The translations under genes and the position numbers were made by a program. Below, piece by piece: positions 1-7,940 of a stretch of 64,000 nt of DNA. Within the stretch, counting starts at the first letter, position 1. Each line of letters opens with the position of its first letter. The notes below the pieces were generated by a model that saw nothing but the letters and a program-made list of their open reading frames with translations, was not told the DNA's origin and ran no database searches. The DNA is from Parcubacteria group bacterium (lineage in GTDB: Bacteria > Patescibacteriota > Minisyncoccia > Moranbacterales > UBA11712), in NCBI GenBank assembly GCA_041659065.1, contig JBAZYY010000002.1, positions 24,091 through 88,090 on the forward strand, given 5' to 3'.

Positions 1-1
1 A

Positions 2-121
2 TTGAATTCTTTCAAATGTATCTTTCAGCTATTTATGGAAATTACTGAAATTGGCCTTGCGGATGCAGGAACAGTCAAGGTCAATCCCAAAATACTAAAG
101 CTTTTCAAGGATAGCAAATGA
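2..121 (+). CDS. 3' end of an unidentified gene running in from upstream (partial)
   Basis: Open frame from the window edge (…EITEIGLADAGTVKVNPKILKLFKDSK*) ending at TGA 119-121; no recognisable family. Confidence 0.2.
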   Translation: MNSFKCIFQLFMEITEIGLADAGTVKVNPKILKLFKDSK

Positions 122-302
122 GACATAAGACTGTCTTATTCGCCAAAATGAGACATATGCTGTCTCGTGTCTCATTTGTCTCATTTTGTTTCAAGATTGC
201 GACCGAAGAGCCTCAAAACCGTCATTTTTCAAAACCATCGAAAACTCCTTGAAAAGTTCCGAAACACAAGGTTCTAGACCGATGACGCCCGCAATATTTT
301 AG

Positions 303-332
303 AGGCTTCCACAGAAGCCTCTTTTTTGCGCG
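303..332 (+). terminator. Rho-independent terminator
   Basis: Perfect hairpin AGAGGCTTC-CACA-GAAGCCTCT followed by T6. Confidence 0.5.
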
Positions 333-420
333 AAAAAAATTAAATTTCTCTGTTTGACTCAGGTGTGGATATTTGCTAATTTGGAAAGTCCCCAAAATAA
401 AGATGGGAGGTAAATGAGAT

Positions 421-699
421 ATGCCAGAGGTGATTGAGGATGGAATCCTCACGCATGCGTTGTTCCCCGATCTGCCCCCGGCAGGGCTAGTCGAAAAATG
501 CCCCAATTGCCTTGCTAAGCTCAAAACTCAGCTTAACGAAAAGGGTGTGAAAAAAGCAGTTTTTTTCGACAAAAGTCAAAACATCAAACTTCCGGCATGG
601 AAAATCGCCTGCCCGCAATGCGGGAGATTGGTAACTTTTGTCTGGGAGAAACCGCCCACGGAACTCTATGCCTTCTTCAATAATCACAAAGATAAGTGA
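421..699 (+). CDS. Hypothetical small zinc-ribbon protein
   Basis: 92-aa ORF with CPNC…(33 aa)…CPQC cysteine pairs; no family recognised. Confidence 0.4.
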   Translation: MPEVIEDGILTHALFPDLPPAGLVEKCPNCLAKLKTQLNEKGVKKAVFFDKSQNIKLPAWKIACPQCGRLVTFVWEKPPTELYAFFNNHKDK

Positions 700-979
700 G
701 TGCCGGGGGCCGCTCACTTTTTTCATATCAATATGCTCTATATTTATGCTATGAAGATCGGTATTAAATTCGGTCCCAACGAAGACATTGAGAGGCTGAT
801 TTGGAAGATTTTTCTCGGAATGTTTTTCCCAGCCGGCAGCAATATGCTAAAATATTAAGAGTATTCAAAGAGTATCCGGATATTTGGTATATCCCGGAGC
901 CGCAGATTGACAAGATGCTTGAAAACCATTTCGAGCTTAAAAAGTTATCGGAAAATTTATAAACATTAGCTTTATTATT

Positions 980-1426
980 ATGCGAGGACTTGAATTAAAA
1001 GTATTCAAAAATGAAAAGCCCCTAACGCCCGACCAAATCAGTCAGAATGAAAGAGTCCTTCAGATTGCCCTTCAAAAGATAATAGATATTCCCACGGAAG
1101 TAAGCGATTGGAAAATTGAAAATCGGGAAAATGATAATACGCTGAGAATGGTATTTTTTGGAGAAATATTAGCAAGCCTCGAGGTTATTTTTGAGCTATG
1201 GAATGATTTGTCACCGAAGCAGAAGAAAGATGTGCTATCCAGAAGAAACGTCATTTCGTTTGAAGCTGAGTGTATGTTCGATCGGCAAACTATTCAAAAA
1301 AACAAAAGAAGAAATTTTAAAGCTGAAATTGATAAGGCATTTAATGGCGCGCTCGAGCAGGATCAGATAAAAGAGAAATCAAAGTTAAGCTTAGTTCGAG
1401 TTAAAAACGTTAAACCACGCTCTTAA
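980..1426 (+). CDS. Hypothetical protein
   Basis: 148-aa ORF, no recognisable motifs. Confidence 0.4.
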   Translation: MRGLELKVFKNEKPLTPDQISQNERVLQIALQKIIDIPTEVSDWKIENRENDNTLRMVFFGEILASLEVIFELWNDLSPKQKKDVLSRRNVISFEAECMFDRQTIQKNKRRNFKAEIDKAFNGALEQDQIKEKSKLSLVRVKNVKPRS

Positions 1427-1542
1427 ATAATAAAAATAAAAACCATGCCCGCGAAAAAGAAAAAGGTTGTAAAAAAGAAAGCTGTCAAAAAAACTGCGAA
1501 GAAAAAAGGCTGTTGCTGCCGCTGCAGCAAATAAGCTCATCG

Positions 1543-1584
1543 AAAAAAACATCCTGAATTCCAGGATGTTTTCGTTATTTTTTC
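1543..1584. terminator. Bidirectional intrinsic terminator between convergent genes
   Basis: A-run, hairpin CATCCTG-AATTC-CAGGATG (1550-1568), then T-run; sits between the + strand 980..1426 gene/micro-ORF and the 3' end of the minus-strand hydrogenase operon. Confidence 0.5.
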
Positions 1585-3338
1585 CTATTCGTGTATTTGG
1601 TGTGAAGCAATTTTTCCGCCTTCTCGCTCCCCGGTTTTTCCAAAAATTCTTTATAAAGTTTCTTAATCACCGGATTATCATGGGATTTTCGAAGAGACAT
1701 CCCTTTATCCCGGGAAAGCACGCCCTTAATTCTTGCATTTCGGATTTCCTGATCTGCCGGCAATGGCTGGCCACCTCCGCCAATGCAGCCATTGGGACAT
1801 GCCATTACTTCCACGAAATGATATTCGCTCTTGCCCTGCTTGATTTCTTCCAAAATTTTCTTGGCATTTCTGATTTCATGCACGACAGCGACTTTGAGAT
1901 TCAGGCCGTCGATATCAATACCGGCGCATCGGATACCCGCTTCTCCGCGCACTATTTCGAAATCCAGCTTGGCCAGCTCCTGTCCTGTTATTCTCTCAAC
2001 CGCGGTCCGAAGCGCTGCTTCCATCACTCCTCCGCTTGCCGCGAACAAAACACCCGCTCCGGTTGAAATTCCAAGCGCCGGATCATATTTTTTTTCTTTG
2101 AGATAACTTGGTAAAATTTTTCTTTCGCGAACCAGACGCGCAAGTTCTCTGACCGTCAGCACAATATCCGTATCCTTCTGCCCGCTGGCATCCATTTCTT
2201 TCCTCTGCGCCTCATATTTTTTTGACGTACAAGGCATAATAGATAAATTTACGATATTTTCGGGATCGAATTTTTCTTTTTCCGCGTAATACGTCTTTAT
2301 GAGAGATGAGAGCATCTGTTGGGGAGACTTGCAGGTCGAAAGATTGGGAATAAATTCAGGATAATATTTTTCAATGTAGAGCACCCAGGAAGGGCAGCAA
2401 CTTGTGAACATTGGAAAAGGCCCGCCTTTTTTAATTCTTTCAATCAATTCGTTAGCCTCTTCCATTATCGTCAAATCCGCGCCCAACACCGTGTCAAATA
2501 CTTTGTCGCAACCCAGTTCCTTCAAGGTCGCAACCAGCTGTTTTTCCCAAAAGGTTCCCGGGTTTTGTCCGAATTCTTCGGAAAAAGTAAAGCGAGTCGA
2601 AGGGGCGGTTTGCGCGATAACCATTTTTTTCGGATCAGCCAGCGCCTGCTCAAGTTTTTCCGTGTCGTCTTTTTCTGTTATGGCCGCTGTCGGGCAAACC
2701 ATGGAACATTGACCGCAAAAAATGCAATCCAAAGGCTTCTCGTACGGCGTGCCGACATTAGATTTCGAACTCCGATGATTAAACCCATACGCTTCCACGG
2801 TCTGAATATCCCGGCAAACTTTTACGCACCGACGACACTCAATGCAATATTCGCTGTCTCGAGAGATACTTGGATTTTCTTCGTCTACGACGACGTGCGA
2901 CCAGTTATCCTTAATAAGATCAATTTCGTCGGGCAATGCAGGCTCCCCTCGCCTTGGGACAAACCGGAACTCGTCAATATTAAACTCCTTAGCCAAGCGC
3001 TGGAGCTCGCAATTCCCGTTTCTTTTGCACTTGGCGCATTTTCCCGCGTGGTCCGCCCAAAGAAGTTCGAGATTGATAGTTCTCGCTTTGTTTGTTTTTT
3101 CGCTTTCGGTTATAACCTCCAAACCCTCGCAAACTTTCGTAGTGCAAGACGAAACCAAACATTTTGCCTGATTGGTTTCCACCAGGCACATCCGGCATGC
3201 CCCTTCGGATGGCAGAAGATCCGGATGCGTGCAAAGAGTCGGCACGCGAATGCCATTTTTTTTGCAGACGGAAAGAATAGTTTCGTCCGGATTGCAATCG
3301 TATGATTTGTTATTTATCTTGATTTGCATAACGCTCAA
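1575..3338 (-). CDS. hydA: [FeFe]-hydrogenase catalytic subunit (HydA/HndD-like) with N-terminal 2Fe-2S and 4Fe-4S ferredoxin domains
   Basis: H-cluster signatures TSCCPSW, MPCTSKKYE, EVMACPNGCIGGGGQP; N-terminal Cys clusters resembling NuoG. Confidence 0.85.
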   Translation of the reverse strand: MSVMQIKINNKSYDCNPDETILSVCKKNGIRVPTLCTHPDLLPSEGACRMCLVETNQAKCLVSSCTTKVCEGLEVITESEKTNKARTINLELLWADHAGKCAKCKRNGNCELQRLAKEFNIDEFRFVPRRGEPALPDEIDLIKDNWSHVVVDEENPSISRDSEYCIECRRCVKVCRDIQTVEAYGFNHRSSKSNVGTPYEKPLDCIFCGQCSMVCPTAAITEKDDTEKLEQALADPKKMVIAQTAPSTRFTFSEEFGQNPGTFWEKQLVATLKELGCDKVFDTVLGADLTIMEEANELIERIKKGGPFPMFTSCCPSWVLYIEKYYPEFIPNLSTCKSPQQMLSSLIKTYYAEKEKFDPENIVNLSIMPCTSKKYEAQRKEMDASGQKDTDIVLTVRELARLVRERKILPSYLKEKKYDPALGISTGAGVLFAASGGVMEAALRTAVERITGQELAKLDFEIVRGEAGIRCAGIDIDGLNLKVAVVHEIRNAKKILEEIKQGKSEYHFVEVMACPNGCIGGGGQPLPADQEIRNARIKGVLSRDKGMSLRKSHDNPVIKKLYKEFLEKPGSEKAEKLLHTKYTNRKK

Positions 3339-4600
3339 GCAGCCTTAAATATTTTATCCCCAAATATTCGGATCGCGTCTTTCCACGCCGTTGCGGCGAA
3401 GTTTCCCAGCGGGCAGAAAGTCGTGTTTCCAAGTGTCCAGAGAATATCCTCGAGCCTTTCTTGATCATCTGGGAGCAAGTCGTTATTTCTTATCCTCTTC
3501 GCGATTTCATGCAAACGGAATGTCCCCTCCCGGCATGGAACGCATTTTCCGCAAGACTCCCGGTGAAAAAAACCACTCCAGGATACAAGAAAATCTTTGA
3601 GATCCATGCTTTTGTCCACAACTAAAATCGAACCGCATCCCAAAGGGTATTCAGCAGGGCCATAAACCAATAGTTGGTCCAAATTTCCGGCTGTCATAAG
3701 CCTTCCGGAAGCTCCGCCGATCTGCGCGAACCAAAATTCTTTCCCCTCCTCTAAGCCGCCGCCATAAATCGAATTATAAATCAATTCTTGAACTGATGTG
3801 CCTAGCGGAGCTTCAAATATACCTTTGCTTTTTACCGCTCCTTCCAGCAGGAACAATTTTGTTCCGGGCGAATTTTTCATTCCAATCCCGGAAAATATTT
3901 TCGCGCCTCTCGATATTATAAAAGGTATGTTTACCAATGTTTCGGTATTATTCACAACCGTAGGCTTCCCAAACAAGCCCGAATTTACAGGATAGGGCGG
4001 TTTTAATCTCGGCTCGCCTCTTTTTCCTTCAATTGTATTGATAAGCGCCGTTTCTTCACCGCAAATATACGCCCCTGACCCTCTAAATATCTCGATTTCA
4101 AAATCAAAAGAGCTTCCCATTATCCCTTTTCCCAAAAATTCTTTTTCAAGTGCCTGTTTAATCGCAACCGTGAGTATCTCGGCTGATTTTTCATAGTGCC
4201 CGTTGATATAGATGAAGCCCTTTTTAGCGCCAATTGCATATGCCCCGATAATCATGCCTTCAATGATCTGATGAGGGCTCTTCTCGGCAATTGTCCGGTC
4301 TTTATAAACCCCCGGCTCCGATTCATCCAAGTTGCAAATGAAATATTTATCTTGAGCTTTCGTTTTCGCCGCGGATTCCCATTTCAAGGCGGTCGGACAG
4401 CCCGCCCCTCCTCTTCCCTGAAGCCCGGATATTTTTATTTCCTTAACAACAGACTCCGGCGTCATTTCACGAATCACTTTTCGCAAAGCTTCGTACCCGC
4501 CCGACCTGGCATAGGTGTCTATGTGAAACGGATCAATCTTGTCCCAATTTTTTGTTAAAATCTGCATGAATCGTTTAGAGATAATCTTTAATAATATCAT
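3335..4600 (-). CDS. hydB: NADH-binding flavoprotein subunit of bifurcating hydrogenase (NuoF/HndC-like)
   Basis: GGAGCPT, FICNLDESEPG (NADH/FMN motifs), ESCGKCVPCREG 4Fe-4S; 4-nt ATGA overlap with hydA. Confidence 0.85.
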   Translation of the reverse strand: MILLKIISKRFMQILTKNWDKIDPFHIDTYARSGGYEALRKVIREMTPESVVKEIKISGLQGRGGAGCPTALKWESAAKTKAQDKYFICNLDESEPGVYKDRTIAEKSPHQIIEGMIIGAYAIGAKKGFIYINGHYEKSAEILTVAIKQALEKEFLGKGIMGSSFDFEIEIFRGSGAYICGEETALINTIEGKRGEPRLKPPYPVNSGLFGKPTVVNNTETLVNIPFIISRGAKIFSGIGMKNSPGTKLFLLEGAVKSKGIFEAPLGTSVQELIYNSIYGGGLEEGKEFWFAQIGGASGRLMTAGNLDQLLVYGPAEYPLGCGSILVVDKSMDLKDFLVSWSGFFHRESCGKCVPCREGTFRLHEIAKRIRNNDLLPDDQERLEDILWTLGNTTFCPLGNFAATAWKDAIRIFGDKIFKAA

Positions 4601-5015
4601 CTATATTCTCCGGATTTACTTTTTCAAAAATTTGATCGCCTATCATAACAATCGGACCGCGGTCGCAAAGACCCTTACAGCTCATCAGTTCAAGCTTATA
4701 CTTTGGGCTGCCGTCATTTTCCGCTTCCAGCTTAAGGAGCATTTCAATCTGCCTTGTGACTGCCTGTGACTTTTCCATCAAACACGGCCCGCCGGAACAT
4801 ACCTTGATAATGATTTTTCTATCTTTTTTAATTCTTATTTCATCAAAAAAACTGGCGAGACTGTAAATTCTCGCGAGCGGCCAGGAAAAATATTTGGCAA
4901 TTTCTTCGCAATCGTTTTCGCTTAGATAACCATTGTGCCTGTTGACATCTTTTACGGCACGCAAAACATTTTCCGGCACTGGTTCATACTGGATAAGAAT
5001 TTTTTGAATAGACAT
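4575..5015 (-). CDS. hydC: NuoE-like thioredoxin-fold 2Fe-2S subunit (HndA/HydC)
   Basis: CSGGPC…C…C motif (VCSGGPCLMEK…MSCKGLCDRGP) typical of NuoE/HoxE. Confidence 0.8.
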   Translation of the reverse strand: MSIQKILIQYEPVPENVLRAVKDVNRHNGYLSENDCEEIAKYFSWPLARIYSLASFFDEIRIKKDRKIIIKVCSGGPCLMEKSQAVTRQIEMLLKLEAENDGSPKYKLELMSCKGLCDRGPIVMIGDQIFEKVNPENIDDIIKDYL

Positions 5016-5039
5016 AGTGGTATTTTACCACAATTGCAA

Positions 5040-5180
5040 AAAATGATAAACTATCTATAGAGAATTAATTATCAATTTCTAATTTTCAATCAATTTTCAA
5101 TGACTCAATTTTCAATTTCATAATATTTCTGGATTGAAAATTGAAAATTCATTGTAAATTGATCATTGAAGATTGAAAAT
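5040..5180. repeat. AT-rich palindromic intergenic element (CAATTTTCAAT / ATTGAAAATTG heptamer arms), family D
   Basis: Arms of degenerate tandem repeats that are reverse complements of each other; related copy at 40500-40590. Confidence 0.6.
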
Positions 5181-5734
5181 TGCCAGAAAACATGCAAAAT
5201 TATCAAGAAAGACTAGTAGCGATAACTTTTCCAGTAGCGACATATAAGACCAAGGATATCGCCTGGACCATCAGCCTCATCATCGCTTCTGTAATTTTTC
5301 CCGCACTCCTGGCTCACAGTCCCCAGAATCAGTGGATTACCGGAACTATCGTGAACGCCATTATATTTATCGCAGTTTGGCGCGTCGGAATTGTGAATGC
5401 CATGCTTGTTGCCGCACTCCCGTCTTCAATCGCGCTTACGCGCGGACTTCTGCCAGCTCCAATGGCGATCATGATCCCTTATATTATTGCATCAAATATA
5501 GTTCTGATTCTGGCTTTTTATGCTATAAAAAAATACCCACTCATGGGAATTATCTCGGCATCGATATTGAAATTTTTATTTCTCTTCGCAATTACTTCCC
5601 TCTTGGTCAAACTAGCCTCGCCCCTCTTAGTGATGATGCAATGGCCGCAGCTCGTGACCGCTCTGGCCGGCGGCCTCATCGCAGTTGGAATTATAAAAAA
5701 CACCCACGTCCTCATTCCTAAAGTCGGACTTTAG
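5180..5734 (+). CDS. Hypothetical polytopic membrane protein
   Basis: About 5 hydrophobic helices; the last codons and the stop lie inside a REP palindrome. Confidence 0.4.
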   Translation: MPENMQNYQERLVAITFPVATYKTKDIAWTISLIIASVIFPALLAHSPQNQWITGTIVNAIIFIAVWRVGIVNAMLVAALPSSIALTRGLLPAPMAIMIPYIIASNIVLILAFYAIKKYPLMGIISASILKFLFLFAITSLLVKLASPLLVMMQWPQLVTALAGGLIAVGIIKNTHVLIPKVGL

Positions 5735-5736
5735 GA
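5716..5736. repeat. REP-like palindrome TCCTAAAGTCGGACTTTAGGA
   Basis: 8-bp inverted repeat CCTAAAGT/ACTTTAGG; one of at least 6 copies in the window. Confidence 0.65.
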
Positions 5737-5742
5737 AAAACT

Positions 5743-6408
5743 TTATTCGAAAACTATTTCTTCGTCTTGTTTTTTCATTTGAAAATCGGTAATATTTTCT
5801 GCAGCATATTCTTCTAATTCTTTGTAATTTCTAAAGTCTCCTCTGAATTCTTCATCTCTTACTAAATCATCTCTGCTTTTTCCAATGTGATGCAGAAAAC
5901 TGCACCAAGGATAGCTTTCCGCTGCACAAACTTTATGCACTTCGCTGTTGCAGCTCACGTACACTGAAAATCTCGAAAGGGACCCCTCGGATTTTATCTG
6001 CGAAGATTTGAACTTGCCCTGAAATAAGGCGCCATTTCGCTTATTCCTCTCATTGAAATATTTCGTATAACTTGTGCCTAGTTTTTGCAAAAATTTTTCA
6101 ATTCCTTTCTCAACTCTTTGTTTCAAGATCATATGGTAGTGATTTGACATGAGGCAATAACTGACAATATCCACGAGATATTCTCTTTTCCTAAAGTTCG
6201 ACTTTAGGAAGTCATCGAAATTGGCATTCTTGACACACTTCTTATAGTCGCGCCATTTTATCATTGCCCCATCCTCCTTATCATTCAAGAGATTCATCGA
6301 GATAAGAAACCGAGAAAAGTCTCCGTTATCCAAAAACACATCGCGCTTGTCCACGCCGCGATTATAAATATGATAATATTCATTTTCCACAAGAGGCGTT
6401 TTTCTCAT
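5743..6408 (-). CDS. IS200/IS605-family Y1 (HUH) transposase, REP-associated tyrosine transposase (RAYT)-like
   Basis: YHIYNRG N-terminus, HUH motif CLMSNHYHMIL, LFQGKF and C-terminal Tyr (VYVSCNS); flanked by REP palindromes. Confidence 0.8.
   Translation of the reverse strand: MRKTPLVENEYYHIYNRGVDKRDVFLDNGDFSRFLISMNLLNDKEDGAMIKWRDYKKCVKNANFDDFLKSNFRKREYLVDIVSYCLMSNHYHMILKQRVEKGIEKFLQKLGTSYTKYFNERNKRNGALFQGKFKSSQIKSEGSLSRFSVYVSCNSEVHKVCAAESYPWCSFLHHIGKSRDDLVRDEEFRGDFRNYKELEEYAAENITDFQMKKQDEEIVFE
6189..6209. repeat. REP-like palindrome inside the RAYT coding sequence
   Basis: TCCTAAAGTTCGACTTTAGGA; translates in frame as …FLKSNFRK… in the RAYT. Confidence 0.6.
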
Positions 6409-6423
6409 CGTATTTCATCTTTT

Positions 6424-6444
6424 TCCTAAAGTTCGACTTTAGGA
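6424..6444. repeat. REP-like palindrome
   Basis: TCCTAAAGTTCGACTTTAGGA immediately upstream of the RAYT start. Confidence 0.65.
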
Positions 6445-6500
6445 TAACAGATCTTACAAAAAGCCACAAAAAAACAAGCTTAACGCCTGTTTTTCGCAAT

Positions 6501-6547
6501 TCCTAAAGTCGAACTTTAGGAAGGGTTAAACTTTAGGAAGGGTTAAG
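6501..6547. repeat. REP-like palindrome plus an extra half-site
   Basis: TCCTAAAGTCGAACTTTAGGA followed by AAACTTTAGGAAGGGTTAAG. Confidence 0.6.
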
Positions 6548-6563
6548 AATGGTTATTTTTTTC

Positions 6564-6610
6564 CTACCAACATTGAATGTTGGTAGGGGTTATTGAATGT
6601 TGGTGAGGGT
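6564..6610. repeat. Second palindrome type (CTACCAACATTGAATGTTGGTAG plus a half copy)
   Basis: Inverted repeat CAACATT/AATGTTG; half repeat TATTGAATGTTGGTGAGGG follows. Confidence 0.5.
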
Positions 6611-6628
6611 TTATGGAAGAGATAACGG

Positions 6629-7339
6629 CTACTGGGAACAGACATACGCCTCGCCAACAGTCAATTCGCCTGTCAATGAAGAATAGCAACCACCACCCGG
6701 TGGACGGAAAGTGGAGACGGCGTCGGAGCGATAGCAAAGACCCCATGAACCAAGGTCATATATTTGTTTAAAACCGGAAGGACAATATCCCTGCGGCAAC
6801 CCGGCATTATTGCATATATTAGTAGTGCCTGGTGAGGTCTTGTCGCTAAAATTACAATAATAAGTAAAACTTGCGCCTCCTGTTGCCGTCGCCGCCACCG
6901 CCGCTTCGATCGCTCTTTGGGTTTCATTCCCTTCCCGGCCCACGGAGCGAACGGCTTGAATGTCAGCAAAGGTAGGGGCATCAGTAGTGGCATTGATTTC
7001 AGCTTGAGTCATGACCGTACCGTCTTCTTTGAGGAAGTAGACTTTGCAGTTTACTCCAATTCCAGAGGGACAGTTTATGCTGCCGTCTGCGTTGGGAGAC
7101 AGGCTGTTTTTGATATCGCCGTTGGTATTGGCGATTTTATTAAGAGCCCATTCCACTCCGGATTCGGCGTCATAGAAAGACGCTACCGAGCTTTTGCCTT
7201 TTTGGCTCATTTTCATCTCCATCACCGTGACGGAAGAAAGCGAGATGATAATGGTGAGAATGGCAAAAAGTAAGATGGTGGCCAGAAGAAGGGCGGAAGC
7301 TTTGTTTTTTTTGAACTTTTTGTTTTTGTTCATAATCAT
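6629..7339 (-). CDS. Membrane-anchored secreted protein with Cys-rich C-terminal domain (pilin-like topology, no canonical prepilin motif)
   Basis: N-terminal Lys-rich stretch plus one hydrophobic helix; 9 Cys in the last ~90 aa (YYCNF…YCPSG…GLCY…GGCY…YVCS), resembling the C-termini of the ORFs at 36934 and 38352. Confidence 0.5.
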   Translation of the reverse strand: MIMNKNKKFKKNKASALLLATILLFAILTIIISLSSVTVMEMKMSQKGKSSVASFYDAESGVEWALNKIANTNGDIKNSLSPNADGSINCPSGIGVNCKVYFLKEDGTVMTQAEINATTDAPTFADIQAVRSVGREGNETQRAIEAAVAATATGGASFTYYCNFSDKTSPGTTNICNNAGLPQGYCPSGFKQIYDLGSWGLCYRSDAVSTFRPPGGGCYSSLTGELTVGEAYVCSQ

Positions 7340-7510
7340 AAAGATTAATTTTTATTTATATTTATTCGCGATACAATTTAAAGTGTAAAGTGCAAAGTTG
7401 AAAATTACAATGAAAAACTGAAAATGAAATAATATCAAACATCTCTTTACTTTTTAATAATTTTTGTATTTTAGATTGTTATTTTGATTTTTGATATTTT
7501 AATTTTACAT

Positions 7511-7939
7511 TTAGCTTATCTCCAACTCTTCTTTGATTTTTTTAACAAGATCTTCCAGCTTCCACTTGGATTTAATAAAATAATAGGCTGGACCACTGGC
7601 GATAATTTCGTTCAGCGTCTTATCATCCGGATTTAGATTCGTGAGAATTATGATTGGAACATCTTTGCCCCACGGATCCTGCCGCAATTTTTCCATCATG
7701 GATTTCCCATCCATGACCGGCATGAACAAATCGAGAATGATAAGATCCGGCTTGGTCTTCAGCGCGATTTCAAGGCCTTCTTCTCCGTTCCTGGCTTCAA
7801 GAATAGAAAATCCCTCAAGCGTGAATTTGTCAGAGAGAACCCTTAACATTGGGAGTTCGTCCTCAATGATCAGTAATTTTTTGCCTGTTACTTGCTCCAT
7901 ACGTTTTTTATGCACTAAATGGAAGTTTTCAGACTTCAA
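7511..7939 (-). CDS. Response regulator, stand-alone receiver domain (CheY-like)
   Basis: LLIIEDE…D…LIILDLFMPVMDG…K receiver-domain Asp/Lys pattern. Confidence 0.8.
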   Translation of the reverse strand: MKSENFHLVHKKRMEQVTGKKLLIIEDELPMLRVLSDKFTLEGFSILEARNGEEGLEIALKTKPDLIILDLFMPVMDGKSMMEKLRQDPWGKDVPIIILTNLNPDDKTLNEIIASGPAYYFIKSKWKLEDLVKKIKEELEIS

Positions 7940-7940
7940 A

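Noticed and set aside
222-726. Overlapping minus-strand ORFs 222..524 and 487..726
   Set aside because: They overlap the + strand zinc-ribbon ORF and each other; no motifs; in a region with a plus-strand terminator and promoter-like features.
2319-3305. 328-aa ORF on the + strand
   Set aside because: Lies entirely antisense to hydA, which has unmistakable H-cluster motifs; Arg/Phe-rich composition typical of an antisense reading frame.
5716-6612. Possible CRISPR array (repeated ~21-nt units with short intervening sequences)
   Set aside because: The units are self-complementary palindromes at irregular spacing (one inside a gene, others 200+ bp apart) with no uniform spacer length. The adjacent gene is a Y1 transposase, not cas. 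This is consistent with REP/RAYT instead.
6629-7339. Type IV pilin (class III signal peptide)
   Set aside because: The N-terminus lacks the G|F/M-T-L-x-E prepilin peptidase motif and the conserved Glu+5, so it is reported only as pilin-like topology.
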